Shown: positions 20,064-29,459, numbered from the stretch's first letter. The stretch is DNA of 29,964 nucleotides from Phycisphaerales bacterium (GCA_027451365.1 DAIDJN010000022.1:1-29964), one strand, 5' to 3'. The notes: a model not told the origin generated them from the sequence alone. Program-made: numbers and translations.

Positions 20064-20690
20064 TTAAGGCTGCTGGGCAGGCGGAATATTCCCGGAGGTT
20101 TGCGGACCAAAACCGAAGATCCACCAGTCGCTGCGATACGTCCGGCCGACAAACGGCCCGGAGCTGGCCACAATGTCGCCGGTTTTTCGCCAGTAGGCAA
20201 CATAGGCGACGCTGGCATATCCCTTTTGATGAATATTTTTGAACAAGGCAATTTCCGGGATAAGCACCGGAATATAGCCGAGGCCCGATGTGGGCGTACT
20301 GGTGGCGTAAACGGGTGGAATGCCGACCAACAGGCTTTGGTTATTAATTCCCAGTGCGGCGCAGCGGACTTCCAGAACAATTTGCGCTTTGGCACGGGTG
20401 TTGACCAGCCGCACACCACCGGCCAGAAGATGGGCACGCAGGTCTGCAACCAGAAATTTTTGCTGGTCAATGGATTTATCCAGAAACTCGGCATCCACAA
20501 ATACCCGCCGGTCACGCAGATTTGAAACCGTAAGGCGGGCGATGGATTTGGATGCCGCATCGGAGAGTAAATATTGTTCATCCGCGGTTTCCGGAGGGCT
20601 GGTGACGCGCAGCGTGGTACACGCGGCCGAAAGCAACGCCAGGGCGCAGCAGAACAGCATGGCAACGCGGCTTATAAGGCGCTTCGGCAT
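20064..20690 (-). CDS. DUF6655-like lipoprotein
   Basis: Lipobox-like LALLSAA-C, followed by T-x-PPETADEQYLLSDA...RRVFVD...LRAHLLAGGVRLV...IVLEVRCAALG. Start 20690 or 20729. Confidence 0.65.
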   Translation of the reverse strand: MPKRLISRVAMLFCCALALLSAACTTLRVTSPPETADEQYLLSDAASKSIARLTVSNLRDRRVFVDAEFLDKSIDQQKFLVADLRAHLLAGGVRLVNTRAKAQIVLEVRCAALGINNQSLLVGIPPVYATSTPTSGLGYIPVLIPEIALFKNIHQKGYASVAYVAYWRKTGDIVASSGPFVGRTYRSDWWIFGFGPQTSGNIPPAQQP

Positions 20691-20910
20691 AAAGGAATAA
20701 TGAAACGTGTGTATGGGTATCTTTGGCATGGAATAAACGGTATCTCCAAAGGCTGAGCACAAAAAGCCTTTCAATGTTATTAATTCACGACCGGCGGGCC
20801 GTTGCAGGCGATTCATATAACGTTGTCGGCGGAATGTTATTCCAGCAAATCAGTATTGGGGCGATTAAATGGACGACGTTCGACGGACTTTTTCCCGCCC
20901 GGAGGAGGTT

Positions 20911-21399
20911 TTATCGGCGATAGGCGTTGGGAAAGGCAATATGGGCCGCAAATTCCCGGTCTTCCAGAAGCTTAACCCCCCTTGTCCTGATTTCACCTGC
21001 GGTAATTGTCAACACATCTGCGCCCTGCGGAAGGATGTTGCCGGCAATTTGAACCGAAAGCTCGGCGGTGATGCCATAAATGTTCCGATGGCGCTCTTTC
21101 AGATACGGGTGCTGATCAGGTGAGAATTCGTGCTTTATATCCAGTTGAAGATTTTGGAAATGATCGCGCCGGATTCGCAAAAAGTGAACGGTCTCCGGCT
21201 TGCGGGTCAGCACGACGGGAAGTGTCGCAGTCAGTTTTTCTTCTGCGCTGTCCGGGATTTGGTAAACAGAAAGACCACCGTTGTCGATGGGGCGAGGAAT
21301 CAGGTCCGCTGAAGCGGTTTGTGTGAATTCCCGCGAAACCGGCGCGGTCCCATCGGGTGTCCAGCGGCTTCGCCTGACCGATCGAATCAGCCAACACAT
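20911..21399 (-). CDS. Hypothetical protein, putative divergent ADP-ribosyltransferase-fold toxin
   Basis: N-terminal strand Arg (WLIRSV), GLSVY strand and a late HRNI strand. GGAG SD; 6 bp after the upstream stop. Confidence 0.5.
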   Translation of the reverse strand: MCWLIRSVRRSRWTPDGTAPVSREFTQTASADLIPRPIDNGGLSVYQIPDSAEEKLTATLPVVLTRKPETVHFLRIRRDHFQNLQLDIKHEFSPDQHPYLKERHRNIYGITAELSVQIAGNILPQGADVLTITAGEIRTRGVKLLEDREFAAHIAFPNAYRR

Positions 21400-21405
21400 G
21401 TCGTA

Positions 21406-22077
21406 TCAGCACTCCGCGCCAAGGGAGCGAAAAGTCTGGGTTGTGAGCGCTTTTAATGTCGGGTCGCGTTCGACATCTAAATGTTCGCGAAGCAAGGTCG
21501 CGGCATTTTGGTATGGTAGTGCGCCCGCGGCGGCAATCGCCTTTTCCCGGACATCCTTGGAGTCGGAGCCTAAGCCAACGTCTATGGCGGCGGCGATGGC
21601 GTCAATTGACTCGGCGGTTTGCGTCCGGTCCATCCAGGCAAGGGCCTGGAATAAAGCGCACAAATGTTCCGATCCGGCGCTGCAATCAACCCAGCGCAGA
21701 ATTGGATCGATCGCCGGCTGTCCAATTTCACTTAGCGTGAGGGCCACGCGGTCTAATAATTCAATGTCCGTTTCTTCTGAACTGCGCGCGATCAGCCATG
21801 CGGCGCCTTCAGCGCCAGTCAGCCGCCAGGCCGCGGTCTGTTGGCGCAGGCAATTACCTCCGGCGTAGGGGCCGTCCCATTTGGCCAGGAGTTCAAAAAG
21901 CTCGCTGGGATCCGGCGTGTTGGGTGGCAGGCTGCCGGGGGATAAATTAAACGGCGGCCTGATCGGCAGTTGCAAGGCGGATTCCCGGGTGCCGGCGACA
22001 GCGTTAAAAGATAAGGCTCCCGCCCGCACCCGATTGGAGGGTTCTGCGGGAATTTCGATTGCATGTGCTAGCGCCAT
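21406..22077 (-). CDS. HEAT-repeat-like helical protein with Pro-rich N-terminus
   Basis: ALTLSEIGQPAIDPIL, GLGSDSKDVREKAIAAAGAL and HLDVERDPTLKAL are HEAT/PBS-type repeats. CAGGAG SD; 4 bp after the upstream stop. Confidence 0.6.
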   Translation of the reverse strand: MALAHAIEIPAEPSNRVRAGALSFNAVAGTRESALQLPIRPPFNLSPGSLPPNTPDPSELFELLAKWDGPYAGGNCLRQQTAAWRLTGAEGAAWLIARSSEETDIELLDRVALTLSEIGQPAIDPILRWVDCSAGSEHLCALFQALAWMDRTQTAESIDAIAAAIDVGLGSDSKDVREKAIAAAGALPYQNAATLLREHLDVERDPTLKALTTQTFRSLGAEC

Positions 22078-22081
22078 GATC

Positions 22082-22783
22082 TTACTCCTGCAAGCATTTT
22101 ATAGCGTCAAGCGTGCGCTGCAACTGCTGCCGCGCGGCGCTTTGTGTGGCTGTCGCGTGATTGGCCAGAAGGGGTCCGATATTAAACTGGTCGAATTTCA
22201 CCCTTCCGGCGTGGTCGGTTCCGGGCTGAATCGTAAAGGTGGTCTTAAAATTTAGAAATATTCTCTGTCGGTCCCGATTTGACGGTTCAATGAGCACGGA
22301 CGTTTCCTGAGCTTCATTACCGAAGTTATGGCTGAAATGGGCCGTTCCATCCGGTGGCCCGGCAAGCCCAATGTTGGCATTACTTATCGCAGTAAGCAAG
22401 CCGCGTCGCGGGTCAATACCGGTTTGGACCCCGGCATGGAAGAAGAAGCCGATGCTGTAGGCCTGTATTGGGGTATGGGGAAGCAGATCGTCAAATAGTT
22501 TCGCAGCCATGGTTACAATCGGCGACAAATCTTCCAATTGCGCAGTGGAGACGGTCCATGCCTGGGGTTGACATTGAATCTCGCCGGCGCGAAAAAGAAA
22601 TGAGGAAGAGATCGGTCCACTTGCCGGCCTCCCGTTGATGGCGGACTCATATTCATGTTCGGAAATAAGTCCCACCAGGCGATACCAGGCCGGGTGGTGA
22701 ATCGCGGCGTTCATGGAACCGGCGATCTGAATTTGACATCCCTCCATGCTGGTTAGAACCGGGTTTATTCCTGGCGGGTTCAA
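22082..22783 (-). CDS. Hypothetical protein, TIGR04255-like family
   Basis: IQIAGSMNAAIHHPAW and LLPHTPIQAYSIGFFFH motifs. TTG start with AAAGGAG SD (alternative ATG 22747). Confidence 0.55.
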   Translation of the reverse strand: MNPPGINPVLTSMEGCQIQIAGSMNAAIHHPAWYRLVGLISEHEYESAINGRPASGPISSSFLFRAGEIQCQPQAWTVSTAQLEDLSPIVTMAAKLFDDLLPHTPIQAYSIGFFFHAGVQTGIDPRRGLLTAISNANIGLAGPPDGTAHFSHNFGNEAQETSVLIEPSNRDRQRIFLNFKTTFTIQPGTDHAGRVKFDQFNIGPLLANHATATQSAARQQLQRTLDAIKCLQE

Positions 22784-22806
22784 GCACTGGTCTCCTTTGG
22801 TCTTCA

Positions 22807-22844
22807 GGTAAAGGGTTTACCACCGCTGGAAAGTATAACGTCAA
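22807..22844 (-). promoter_or_regulatory. Candidate promoter/operator of the three-gene cassette
   Basis: Perfect inverted repeat GGTAAA-GGG-TTTACC (22807-22821). Minus-strand TTGACG (22844-22839) and TATACT (22837-22832) are present but not canonically spaced. Confidence 0.35.
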
Positions 22845-22893
22845 TTCCGATTTTAAGAGAAATCACAGGACCCTTTCGTCGCCGGCCCGGCGG

Positions 22894-23703
22894 TCAGTTT
22901 TTGGTTCTTTCAATTTGGGCGTAGGCGTTGTGATTATGAATGGATTCAAAATTCTCGCTTTCAATCCGATACCAGGTGATGCGGGAATCGCGTTCCATTC
23001 CAGTCGCCAGGTCGCGAATAATGTCTTCCACAAACTTCGGATTATCAAAGGCCTGCTCGGTGACAAATTTTTCATCCGGCCGCTTTAGCACGGCATACAC
23101 CGGCGCGCTGGCGGCTTTTTCCATTATGGCCACGAGGTCTTCAATCCAGAGTTTGCCCGTGAATCGCACGCGGGCGGAAATTTCACACCGCTGATTGTGC
23201 GCGCCGTAGGCTGATATTTCCTTGCTGCACGGGCAAAGGCTGGTGGCCGGTGCCCGCACGCCCAGAATAAAATCATCCGAGCCATTGCTGGTACCTTCAA
23301 ATGAACAGACGTAATCCATCAGACCCCGTGCGCCGGTAACCGGCGCGGATTTTTCAATGAAATACGGAAACGTCATTTCAATGCGTGCGTCGTCGGCATG
23401 AAGCTTTTCACGCATTTCATGCAAAATAGGTGTGATAAGTTCCGGCGTAATGCTGCGGTGATGATGGTTTAGAATTTCCAGAAAACGGCTCATGTGCGTC
23501 CCTTTTTTATGTTTGGGAAGCGACACATACAGGTTGATCTGCGCTACGGTGTGCTGCTGGCCACCATTGGGACGCAAAAGTGTAATCGGGTAACGAACGC
23601 CCTTGACCCCCACCTGATCTATCGCGATTTCCCGTGAATCATCGGCGGACTGAACATCCGGCATGGGAGGTGATTTAACGGTGGGGTGGCTGTTTCGGGC
23701 CAT
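22894..23703 (-). CDS. folE2: GTP cyclohydrolase I type IB
   Basis: MPDVQ, IDQVGVKG, KGTHMSRF, TSLCPCSKEIS, GAHNQR, LKRPDEKFVTE, NPKFVED and ESIHNHNAYA. GAGG SD before ATG 23703. Confidence 0.95.
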   Translation of the reverse strand: MARNSHPTVKSPPMPDVQSADDSREIAIDQVGVKGVRYPITLLRPNGGQQHTVAQINLYVSLPKHKKGTHMSRFLEILNHHHRSITPELITPILHEMREKLHADDARIEMTFPYFIEKSAPVTGARGLMDYVCSFEGTSNGSDDFILGVRAPATSLCPCSKEISAYGAHNQRCEISARVRFTGKLWIEDLVAIMEKAASAPVYAVLKRPDEKFVTEQAFDNPKFVEDIIRDLATGMERDSRITWYRIESENFESIHNHNAYAQIERTKN

Positions 23704-23906
23704 CAGGGGTACCTCTAACATTGGAATTTCTCCGGCTGCTTATGCCTTTCGCCAAAGGCCGCGGAATACTGCGGATCCGTCCGTGCCGTTTTGACGCTTA
23801 TATGCTAGGACTGTTGTGTTGCCAAGGCAACCGGCAAACCGAATCGCCGCAGAGGTGGTCACATGAAGGAATCGCCCTGTATGAAGGCGTTTACAGGCTC
23901 TTTTGT

Positions 23907-26030
23907 TCAATTTTTCGGAACGCGAAATATTTGAATGCCGGCAGCGGTTTTTACAGGGACCGGTTCGAGGCCGGCGCGGATCAGGGCATTTACATTGCCG
24001 GGCGTGACGGCCGGGTCAAAACCGTAGGTATGGCGCAGACGATAAATTTCGGGCCAGTCCAGAATCACATAATTAATCTTGTGGCTTTGCAGCCAGCGCA
24101 GCGCGCCGCCGGCTCCATGGGCGGCCAACGCCCGGGCCAGTCGATTACGGTTGAACACGGTGTTGTAAATATAGTGGCCACGCATATAAAGCGCAGCCGA
24201 ATCACCTTCCAGATACCAGGTGGCGTGCGGGGGGAACTGCATGCCGTTGGCGTCGGATATCCAGTCTGCCGGCAGTGTAAAAATGCCGCCGATAAATGGC
24301 TTCATCCGGGCGTTTAACGGCCCGAAAAACAGCCCGGATTCCGGTCGCAGCAGCAACAGGCAAAACAGGCTCTGGGCCACCAGAAGGCCGCGCACCGCCG
24401 AGCCTAACCGTGGTCGAAATTCCGCGGCCAGTCCAAATAGAATCGCCAGCGGCAGGACAAATGGCAGCGAAAACCGTGCCTGCAATTGCGTGCAGGTCAG
24501 CCACGCGATCAGCTGTACCAGCAGACACAACGCCATCAGCCATGCAGCGGGGCCGGTGAAAAGGGCAAAGACCACCACCGGAACCACCAGCAGCCACAGC
24601 AGGCCGACCCGCAGTGGCCAAGGCGTGCGAGTGGTTGGAATTCGCGGTACGGGCCGCAGGGCATCGCCATATGCCGCCAGCCCGGGCGACCATTGCCGGT
24701 CCAGAATGGTTTGAGAGACCAGCGCGTGTAAATGGCCGGAAAAGGATGCCTCGCGCGGTGGCGGTGTGTGCCCGCGGTCAAAGCGGTTGGCCAGCGATGC
24801 GGACCAGTTCCCGCGCCCCAGCGTGCCGGAAAAAATTGGGAAAATGGGATTTCCCATGGCGGTTTGCGTGTGCGTATACACCATGCTGCGCGCCATCCAG
24901 GGGGAATAAAGCGCCAGCGCCACCAGCGTGACGATTGCCAGCCCCCCTGCGCGGCGGCGGGCCAGCAGCATCGCCGCCGCGGGCACGGCAATTAAAACGC
25001 CACTGGTCATTTTGCAGCCTACCGCCAGACCCAGCAAAATTCCCATAACCAGCAGGCTGCGCCATTCAAGTTCCGCGCAGGCCAGCCCCAGGGCCAATGC
25101 GCCATACAAAAGGACCCCCCCATCGTTATAGGCCAGCGAACCGATGACCAGAGTCCATGGCGTTGCCAGAAAAAAAAGCAGCGCCACCACCCGTCCGCGA
25201 ACGCTCATGCGGATGGGTGAAAGTGCCACAGCCAGTCCCGCCAGCAGTACGATTGCCGCGTGCAGCATTTGTGCGCCATACACCAGTACATAAATAATCC
25301 GGTCATGCAGCACCGACCGCGCCACCGCCCCCAGCAGCAGATACAGCATTTCAACATTCAGTGGCAGAAAAGAATAAATATTGCCGCGCACCGGTGCGGT
25401 GGAATTCGCCCGCAGAAACTGATGTGGCAATTGCAGGTGGTATTCCAGCACATCGTAGCCGTTGCCTTCAGTATGCCACAGCGAACCGGCCGGAAACGTG
25501 ACCGCGATCAGCAGAACCGCTGCGGGCAGACAGGCGGGCAGAAGCCAAAGAAATTTGGCGTCCAAAGGAGCCTTTAGCTTCGCGTAATCGGCCTGCAAAA
25601 AAAAGTCTCGGGTGGCCGTATAGCCGATGCCAGCGGATAAAATCAGCAGTCCGCCAGGGTAAAAGCCACTGAGCAGATGAAGCGTTCCCAGCAGCAGTGT
25701 GCCCAATGATAAAACGCCCAGCCCCAGCGCCGCCGAAAGCACCAGCCGATAGAAGTCCGGCCAGATGGACGTCTGAATGGCCAACATCCCGCGCAGCGGT
25801 CGGGTAAGGGCGAATCCGAGCATGGTTGCCGGCAACAGAATGACTAAAACCCATGACAGATTAAAAAGGGTGGATAGCACATCCGGCAGCATGGAGCCGG
25901 CGATAACCGTGATTCCGATAAACGTTCCAACAGCAAGAAAAACCGCCATGAGCCAGCGCGGAATACTGCGCGTGGCACCTGATTTCCTGAGTGGCTGGTT
26001 ATCCAGGCGATAGTTCTTGTGTGGGGCCAT
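23907..26030 (-). CDS. Polytopic membrane protein, putative GT-C (PMT/ArnT-like) glycosyltransferase
   Basis: Many TM helices; loop motif YDVLEYHLQLP, plus YSFLPLNVEML, YNDGG, GLAVGCK, GNPIFP and QARF. Confidence 0.65.
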   Translation of the reverse strand: MAPHKNYRLDNQPLRKSGATRSIPRWLMAVFLAVGTFIGITVIAGSMLPDVLSTLFNLSWVLVILLPATMLGFALTRPLRGMLAIQTSIWPDFYRLVLSAALGLGVLSLGTLLLGTLHLLSGFYPGGLLILSAGIGYTATRDFFLQADYAKLKAPLDAKFLWLLPACLPAAVLLIAVTFPAGSLWHTEGNGYDVLEYHLQLPHQFLRANSTAPVRGNIYSFLPLNVEMLYLLLGAVARSVLHDRIIYVLVYGAQMLHAAIVLLAGLAVALSPIRMSVRGRVVALLFFLATPWTLVIGSLAYNDGGVLLYGALALGLACAELEWRSLLVMGILLGLAVGCKMTSGVLIAVPAAAMLLARRRAGGLAIVTLVALALYSPWMARSMVYTHTQTAMGNPIFPIFSGTLGRGNWSASLANRFDRGHTPPPREASFSGHLHALVSQTILDRQWSPGLAAYGDALRPVPRIPTTRTPWPLRVGLLWLLVVPVVVFALFTGPAAWLMALCLLVQLIAWLTCTQLQARFSLPFVLPLAILFGLAAEFRPRLGSAVRGLLVAQSLFCLLLLRPESGLFFGPLNARMKPFIGGIFTLPADWISDANGMQFPPHATWYLEGDSAALYMRGHYIYNTVFNRNRLARALAAHGAGGALRWLQSHKINYVILDWPEIYRLRHTYGFDPAVTPGNVNALIRAGLEPVPVKTAAGIQIFRVPKN

Positions 26031-26239
26031 TTCCGGAAATACTCCGAAATCCGCAAAAAATGGCGGCGCTTTTCCGCCTGCCGGTTGACGGGACCCGCCA
26101 GTTCTGAAATAACAGATCGCCCGGCCCAGGCAATTCTACCTGATAACCTGCCATTGGTGCGGGATTTGGATATAATTGCGTGACTTGAAACCGGTAAGGG
26201 CGTGCTCGCCGGTATGTGAAGCTGGAAACGAGCGGTGTG

Positions 26240-26965
26240 ATGGTAAAACTGGGCGTGAATATTGACCATGTCGCGACTCTGCGGCAGGCGCGAAAGGCGA
26301 CCGAGCCGGATCCGGTCTGGGCCGCGGTTGAAGCGCAGCTTGGCGGAGCGGACATTCTGACGGTTCATTTGCGCGAAGATAGACGTCATATTCAGGACCG
26401 GGATGTGTTCCTGCTTTCCAAAACCGTTCGGGTTCCGTTGAATCTGGAAATGGCCGCCGTAGCGGAAATTGTGTCCATCGCGCTAAAAATTGTTCCGCAA
26501 ATGGTGACGCTGGTTCCCGAAAAGCGCACGGAAGTAACCACAGAAGGCGGTCTGAATGTGGCCGGGCAGCTTCGCGTCATTTCCGGTGCGGTGCGACGCT
26601 TGCGCCGCAAGGGAATTCGCACCAGCGCGTTTATTGATCCTGACCCGCGCCAGGTGGATGCCGCCGCCAGGGCCGGTTTTGAAATTTGCGAATTGCACAC
26701 GGGACCCTATGCCATCGCGGCGGACCCCGTAAAAAAGGCCGCCGCGCTGGAGCGTTTGCGCAGTGCCGGCGAGGAGATTTTGAACCACGGAATGCAGTTT
26801 AATGCGGGTCATGGCTTGAATCTGACCAACGTGGCCGCGGTGGCGCAATTGCCCTATATCAGCGAGCTGCACATTGGCCATGCCATTGTCTGTCAGGCGA
26901 TTTTTGTGGGCCTGGCAAACGCGGTTCGGGAAATGAAGCAGGCCATTGCCGTGGCGGAAAAATAA
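26240..26965 (+). CDS. pdxJ: Pyridoxine 5'-phosphate synthase
   Basis: LGVNIDHVATLRQAR, TVHLREDRRHI, TTEGGL, ELHTG, NAGHGL and ELHIGHAIV. Confidence 0.97.
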   Translation: MVKLGVNIDHVATLRQARKATEPDPVWAAVEAQLGGADILTVHLREDRRHIQDRDVFLLSKTVRVPLNLEMAAVAEIVSIALKIVPQMVTLVPEKRTEVTTEGGLNVAGQLRVISGAVRRLRRKGIRTSAFIDPDPRQVDAAARAGFEICELHTGPYAIAADPVKKAAALERLRSAGEEILNHGMQFNAGHGLNLTNVAAVAQLPYISELHIGHAIVCQAIFVGLANAVREMKQAIAVAEK

Positions 26966-27018
26966 TGAACGTGTCGGCGTCGTGATAATCACGGCAAAAC
27001 GCCGGTTTTGGAGATGTT

Positions 27019-27909
27019 ATGATACTTCGAGGCGCATTTACCGCACTGGTGACACCATTTCGTGGCGGCCATTTTGACGACGCGCAGTTTGCAAAACAAA
27101 TTGCCCACCAGGCAAAAAATAAAATAGATGGAATTATCCCCGTCGGAACCACTGGCGAATCGCCCACTTTGTCCCATGCGGAACACCACCGCGTGGTAGA
27201 GGCAGCCATTCATGCGGCGCGCGGCACGGGCATGATGGTGATTGCGGGCACCGGTTCCAACGCCACGGATGAAGCCATAGACCTGACGCGCCATGCCAGA
27301 CAAGCCGGGGCGGATGCGGCACTTCTGGTGAATCCTTATTACAATAAACCTTCCCAGGAAGGCCTGTACCGGCATTTCAAGGAAATTTCCCGCGCCGTTG
27401 ATATTCCCATTGTGCTGTACAACATTCCCGGTCGCACGGGCATTTCCATGACGGTGGCCACCATGGTACGTCTGGCCGCTGAATGTCCCAATATTGTGGC
27501 GGTAAAAGATGCCGCGGGGAATCTGGACCTTACCTCGGAGGCCGTCTGCGCCGGAATGCAGGTCCTTTCGGGTGACGATTCGCTGACGCTGCCGATGATT
27601 TCCGTCGGTGCTCAGGGGGTGATCAGCGTTGTGTCCAATATCGTTCCCGACCGCGTGCGCGGGCTGGTGCATGCGGCACTGGCCGGAGACATTGCCAAAG
27701 CCCGTGCGGACCACCTGGCGCTTTTTCCGCTGATAAAGGCGCTGTTCGTGGAAACCAACCCGATACCTGTAAAAGCCGCGATGGCCCTGCTGGGCATGGA
27801 TACCGGCGACGTGCGCCTTCCGCTTTGCGAACCGACGCCGGCAAGCCTGCAGGTCATTTCAGATGCGCTGAAAAAAGCCGGTTTGGCGACAAGCGGTGCC
27901 CTGCGGTAA
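27019..27909 (+). CDS. dapA: 4-hydroxy-tetrahydrodipicolinate synthase
   Basis: TALVTPF, GTTGESPTL, PYYNKPSQEG, LYNIPGRTG, AVKDA (Schiff-base Lys), LSGDD and ETNPIPVK. Confidence 0.96.
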   Translation: MILRGAFTALVTPFRGGHFDDAQFAKQIAHQAKNKIDGIIPVGTTGESPTLSHAEHHRVVEAAIHAARGTGMMVIAGTGSNATDEAIDLTRHARQAGADAALLVNPYYNKPSQEGLYRHFKEISRAVDIPIVLYNIPGRTGISMTVATMVRLAAECPNIVAVKDAAGNLDLTSEAVCAGMQVLSGDDSLTLPMISVGAQGVISVVSNIVPDRVRGLVHAALAGDIAKARADHLALFPLIKALFVETNPIPVKAAMALLGMDTGDVRLPLCEPTPASLQVISDALKKAGLATSGALR

Positions 27910-28020
27910 CATGGTTTGATTGGTTTGAACGGATTTTATAATTCAGGCCGATGGAGCGGCGGAGAACTTGACAGGTCCGCGCGGTGAAAGTGCATTCCAA
28001 GCGGATCGAAAGGAAACGCC

Positions 28021-28674
28021 ATGGCCTGCCAGCTTTTGAAAGCCAGAGAATTTGCTCATCTTGCCACGGTGGCCGGCCTTAGCCGGCCGACGCTGGATGA
28101 GCATTACCAGCTTTATCTTGGCTTTGTTCACAAGGCCAACAGTCTGACGGAAAAAATATGTGAGCGCCAGCGCACACGCGGTGCGTTGGATATGTCGGAC
28201 ATTGCCAATTTAAAGGGCGATCTTCAGTTTGCGCTGGCAGCCGTGCGCAACCATGAAATTTATTTTGACCTGCTCGGTCATCAGACCGTTCCCCTGCATC
28301 AGGAACTTGCCGACTGCATTGACGAAGCCTTCGACAGCACGGAAGGCTTCTTATTGGATTTACGGATGACCGCGGTTTCCAGTCGCGGCTGGGTCTGGAC
28401 GGTTTATGACCTGACCACGGGTCGGATATGGAATTTATCGGGCAGTCAGAATGGGCAATTTCCACTCTTTAACGCCGTTCCCATTCTGGCGCTGGACTTA
28501 AGCGACCACGCCTATTTTTATGATTTTGGTCTGCGTCGCGGCGCGTATGTGGATGTTGTTCTGGCGCACCTGCGGTGGGACCGTGTCTGGCGGAACCTTC
28601 AATCCGCTCAAGCCTTGCGCAACGCTGTCGGAAATTCGCCAGATGCGGCTGCTCCGCTGGCTCTGGCACGGTAA
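28021..28674 (+). CDS. Fe/Mn superoxide dismutase family protein with degenerate signature
   Basis: EHYQLY, NHEIYF, GWVW and PILALDLSDHAYFYDFG (canonical DVWEHAYY). AAGGA SD. Confidence 0.8.
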   Translation: MACQLLKAREFAHLATVAGLSRPTLDEHYQLYLGFVHKANSLTEKICERQRTRGALDMSDIANLKGDLQFALAAVRNHEIYFDLLGHQTVPLHQELADCIDEAFDSTEGFLLDLRMTAVSSRGWVWTVYDLTTGRIWNLSGSQNGQFPLFNAVPILALDLSDHAYFYDFGLRRGAYVDVVLAHLRWDRVWRNLQSAQALRNAVGNSPDAAAPLALAR

Positions 28675-28822
28675 AGCGGTGCGGGGTGAAGGGCCGGTGA
28701 GGATGTTAAATCTGCATTTAATTCGCCAGAAGGATTCGAGATTTAACGGCCAAGTGCGGTGACGTAATTGAATCGCTGGTCTGATGCACAAGAAGACGGC
28801 GGGGTTAGGCGGGCAGTTGTTA

Positions 28823-29164
28823 TTATCGTTGCGAACGGCCAAATCCATAGCCACCGATCGCGCCAATGATCAGCGATAATACCTGGGTAAGATATTGCTT
28901 CGCGAAGAAAAGTACCAACACGACATCCGTCAGAGAGCACACGAAAGTGACGGTGAAATAATACTTTTTATCTGATGATTCTCGTATTTTATCCTTATGC
29001 ATAAGGTCTATAACTTTGCCGCGCTGCGATAATATCTCATCGACCTGCTTTTCCGTAGGCTGGTATGAAGGCTTGCCAATTGCGAGTTGAAAAAGCGAAT
29101 TTATCCGCTCTTCCTTTTCGGTTGCGGGCAAAATGGGAGGTTTTACAATATCTTCCTCAGGCAC
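28823..29164 (-). CDS. Small membrane protein, two C-terminal TM helices ending in GAIGGYGFG
   Basis: Probable GTG start at 29164 overlapping the upstream stop (GTGCCTGA). Charged N-terminal half, then two hydrophobic helices. The DNA is more AT-rich than its neighbours. Confidence 0.55.
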   Translation of the reverse strand: MPEEDIVKPPILPATEKEERINSLFQLAIGKPSYQPTEKQVDEILSQRGKVIDLMHKDKIRESSDKKYYFTVTFVCSLTDVVLVLFFAKQYLTQVLSLIIGAIGGYGFGRSQR

Positions 29165-29459
29165 CCTGGTTTTCCGTTGACAGCACGCCAACATATGAAG
29201 CATTTTCGCCGCGGGTGGTCGCGGTGGTGATCGTTTCGTCAATCAAATGGCTGATATGTTCACGAATTGCCCGGGCAATGGCTATTTGCAATAACAAATG
29301 GGCCTCATCTTCGGAAATTTGCCGTCGCTGTCGATTAGTCTCGATTTCATCAATTACGTCCGCGATCTCATCACCATAAACTGTCCTGCGCCGGGTAATA
29401 GGCGCATAGTTCTGGCCTAAGGGAAATTGTTGTCGCAATATTGGATTGACATCTAGCAT
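29157..29459 (-). CDS. Hypothetical helical protein (100 aa)
   Basis: ATG with an AAGGTGA SD upstream, protein-like amphipathic composition, and overlap with the downstream gene. Confidence 0.5.
   Translation of the reverse strand: MLDVNPILRQQFPLGQNYAPITRRRTVYGDEIADVIDEIETNRQRRQISEDEAHLLLQIAIARAIREHISHLIDETITTATTRGENASYVGVLSTENQGA

Noticed and set aside
28686..28747. ATGTTAAATC as a XerD arm of a dif site; 9-bp inverted repeat GTTAAATCT/AGATTTAAC (28705-28713, 28739-28747)
   Set aside because: There is no acceptable XerC arm and the locus is near oriC. The inverted repeat has a 25-bp spacer and no U-tract, so no function can be supported.
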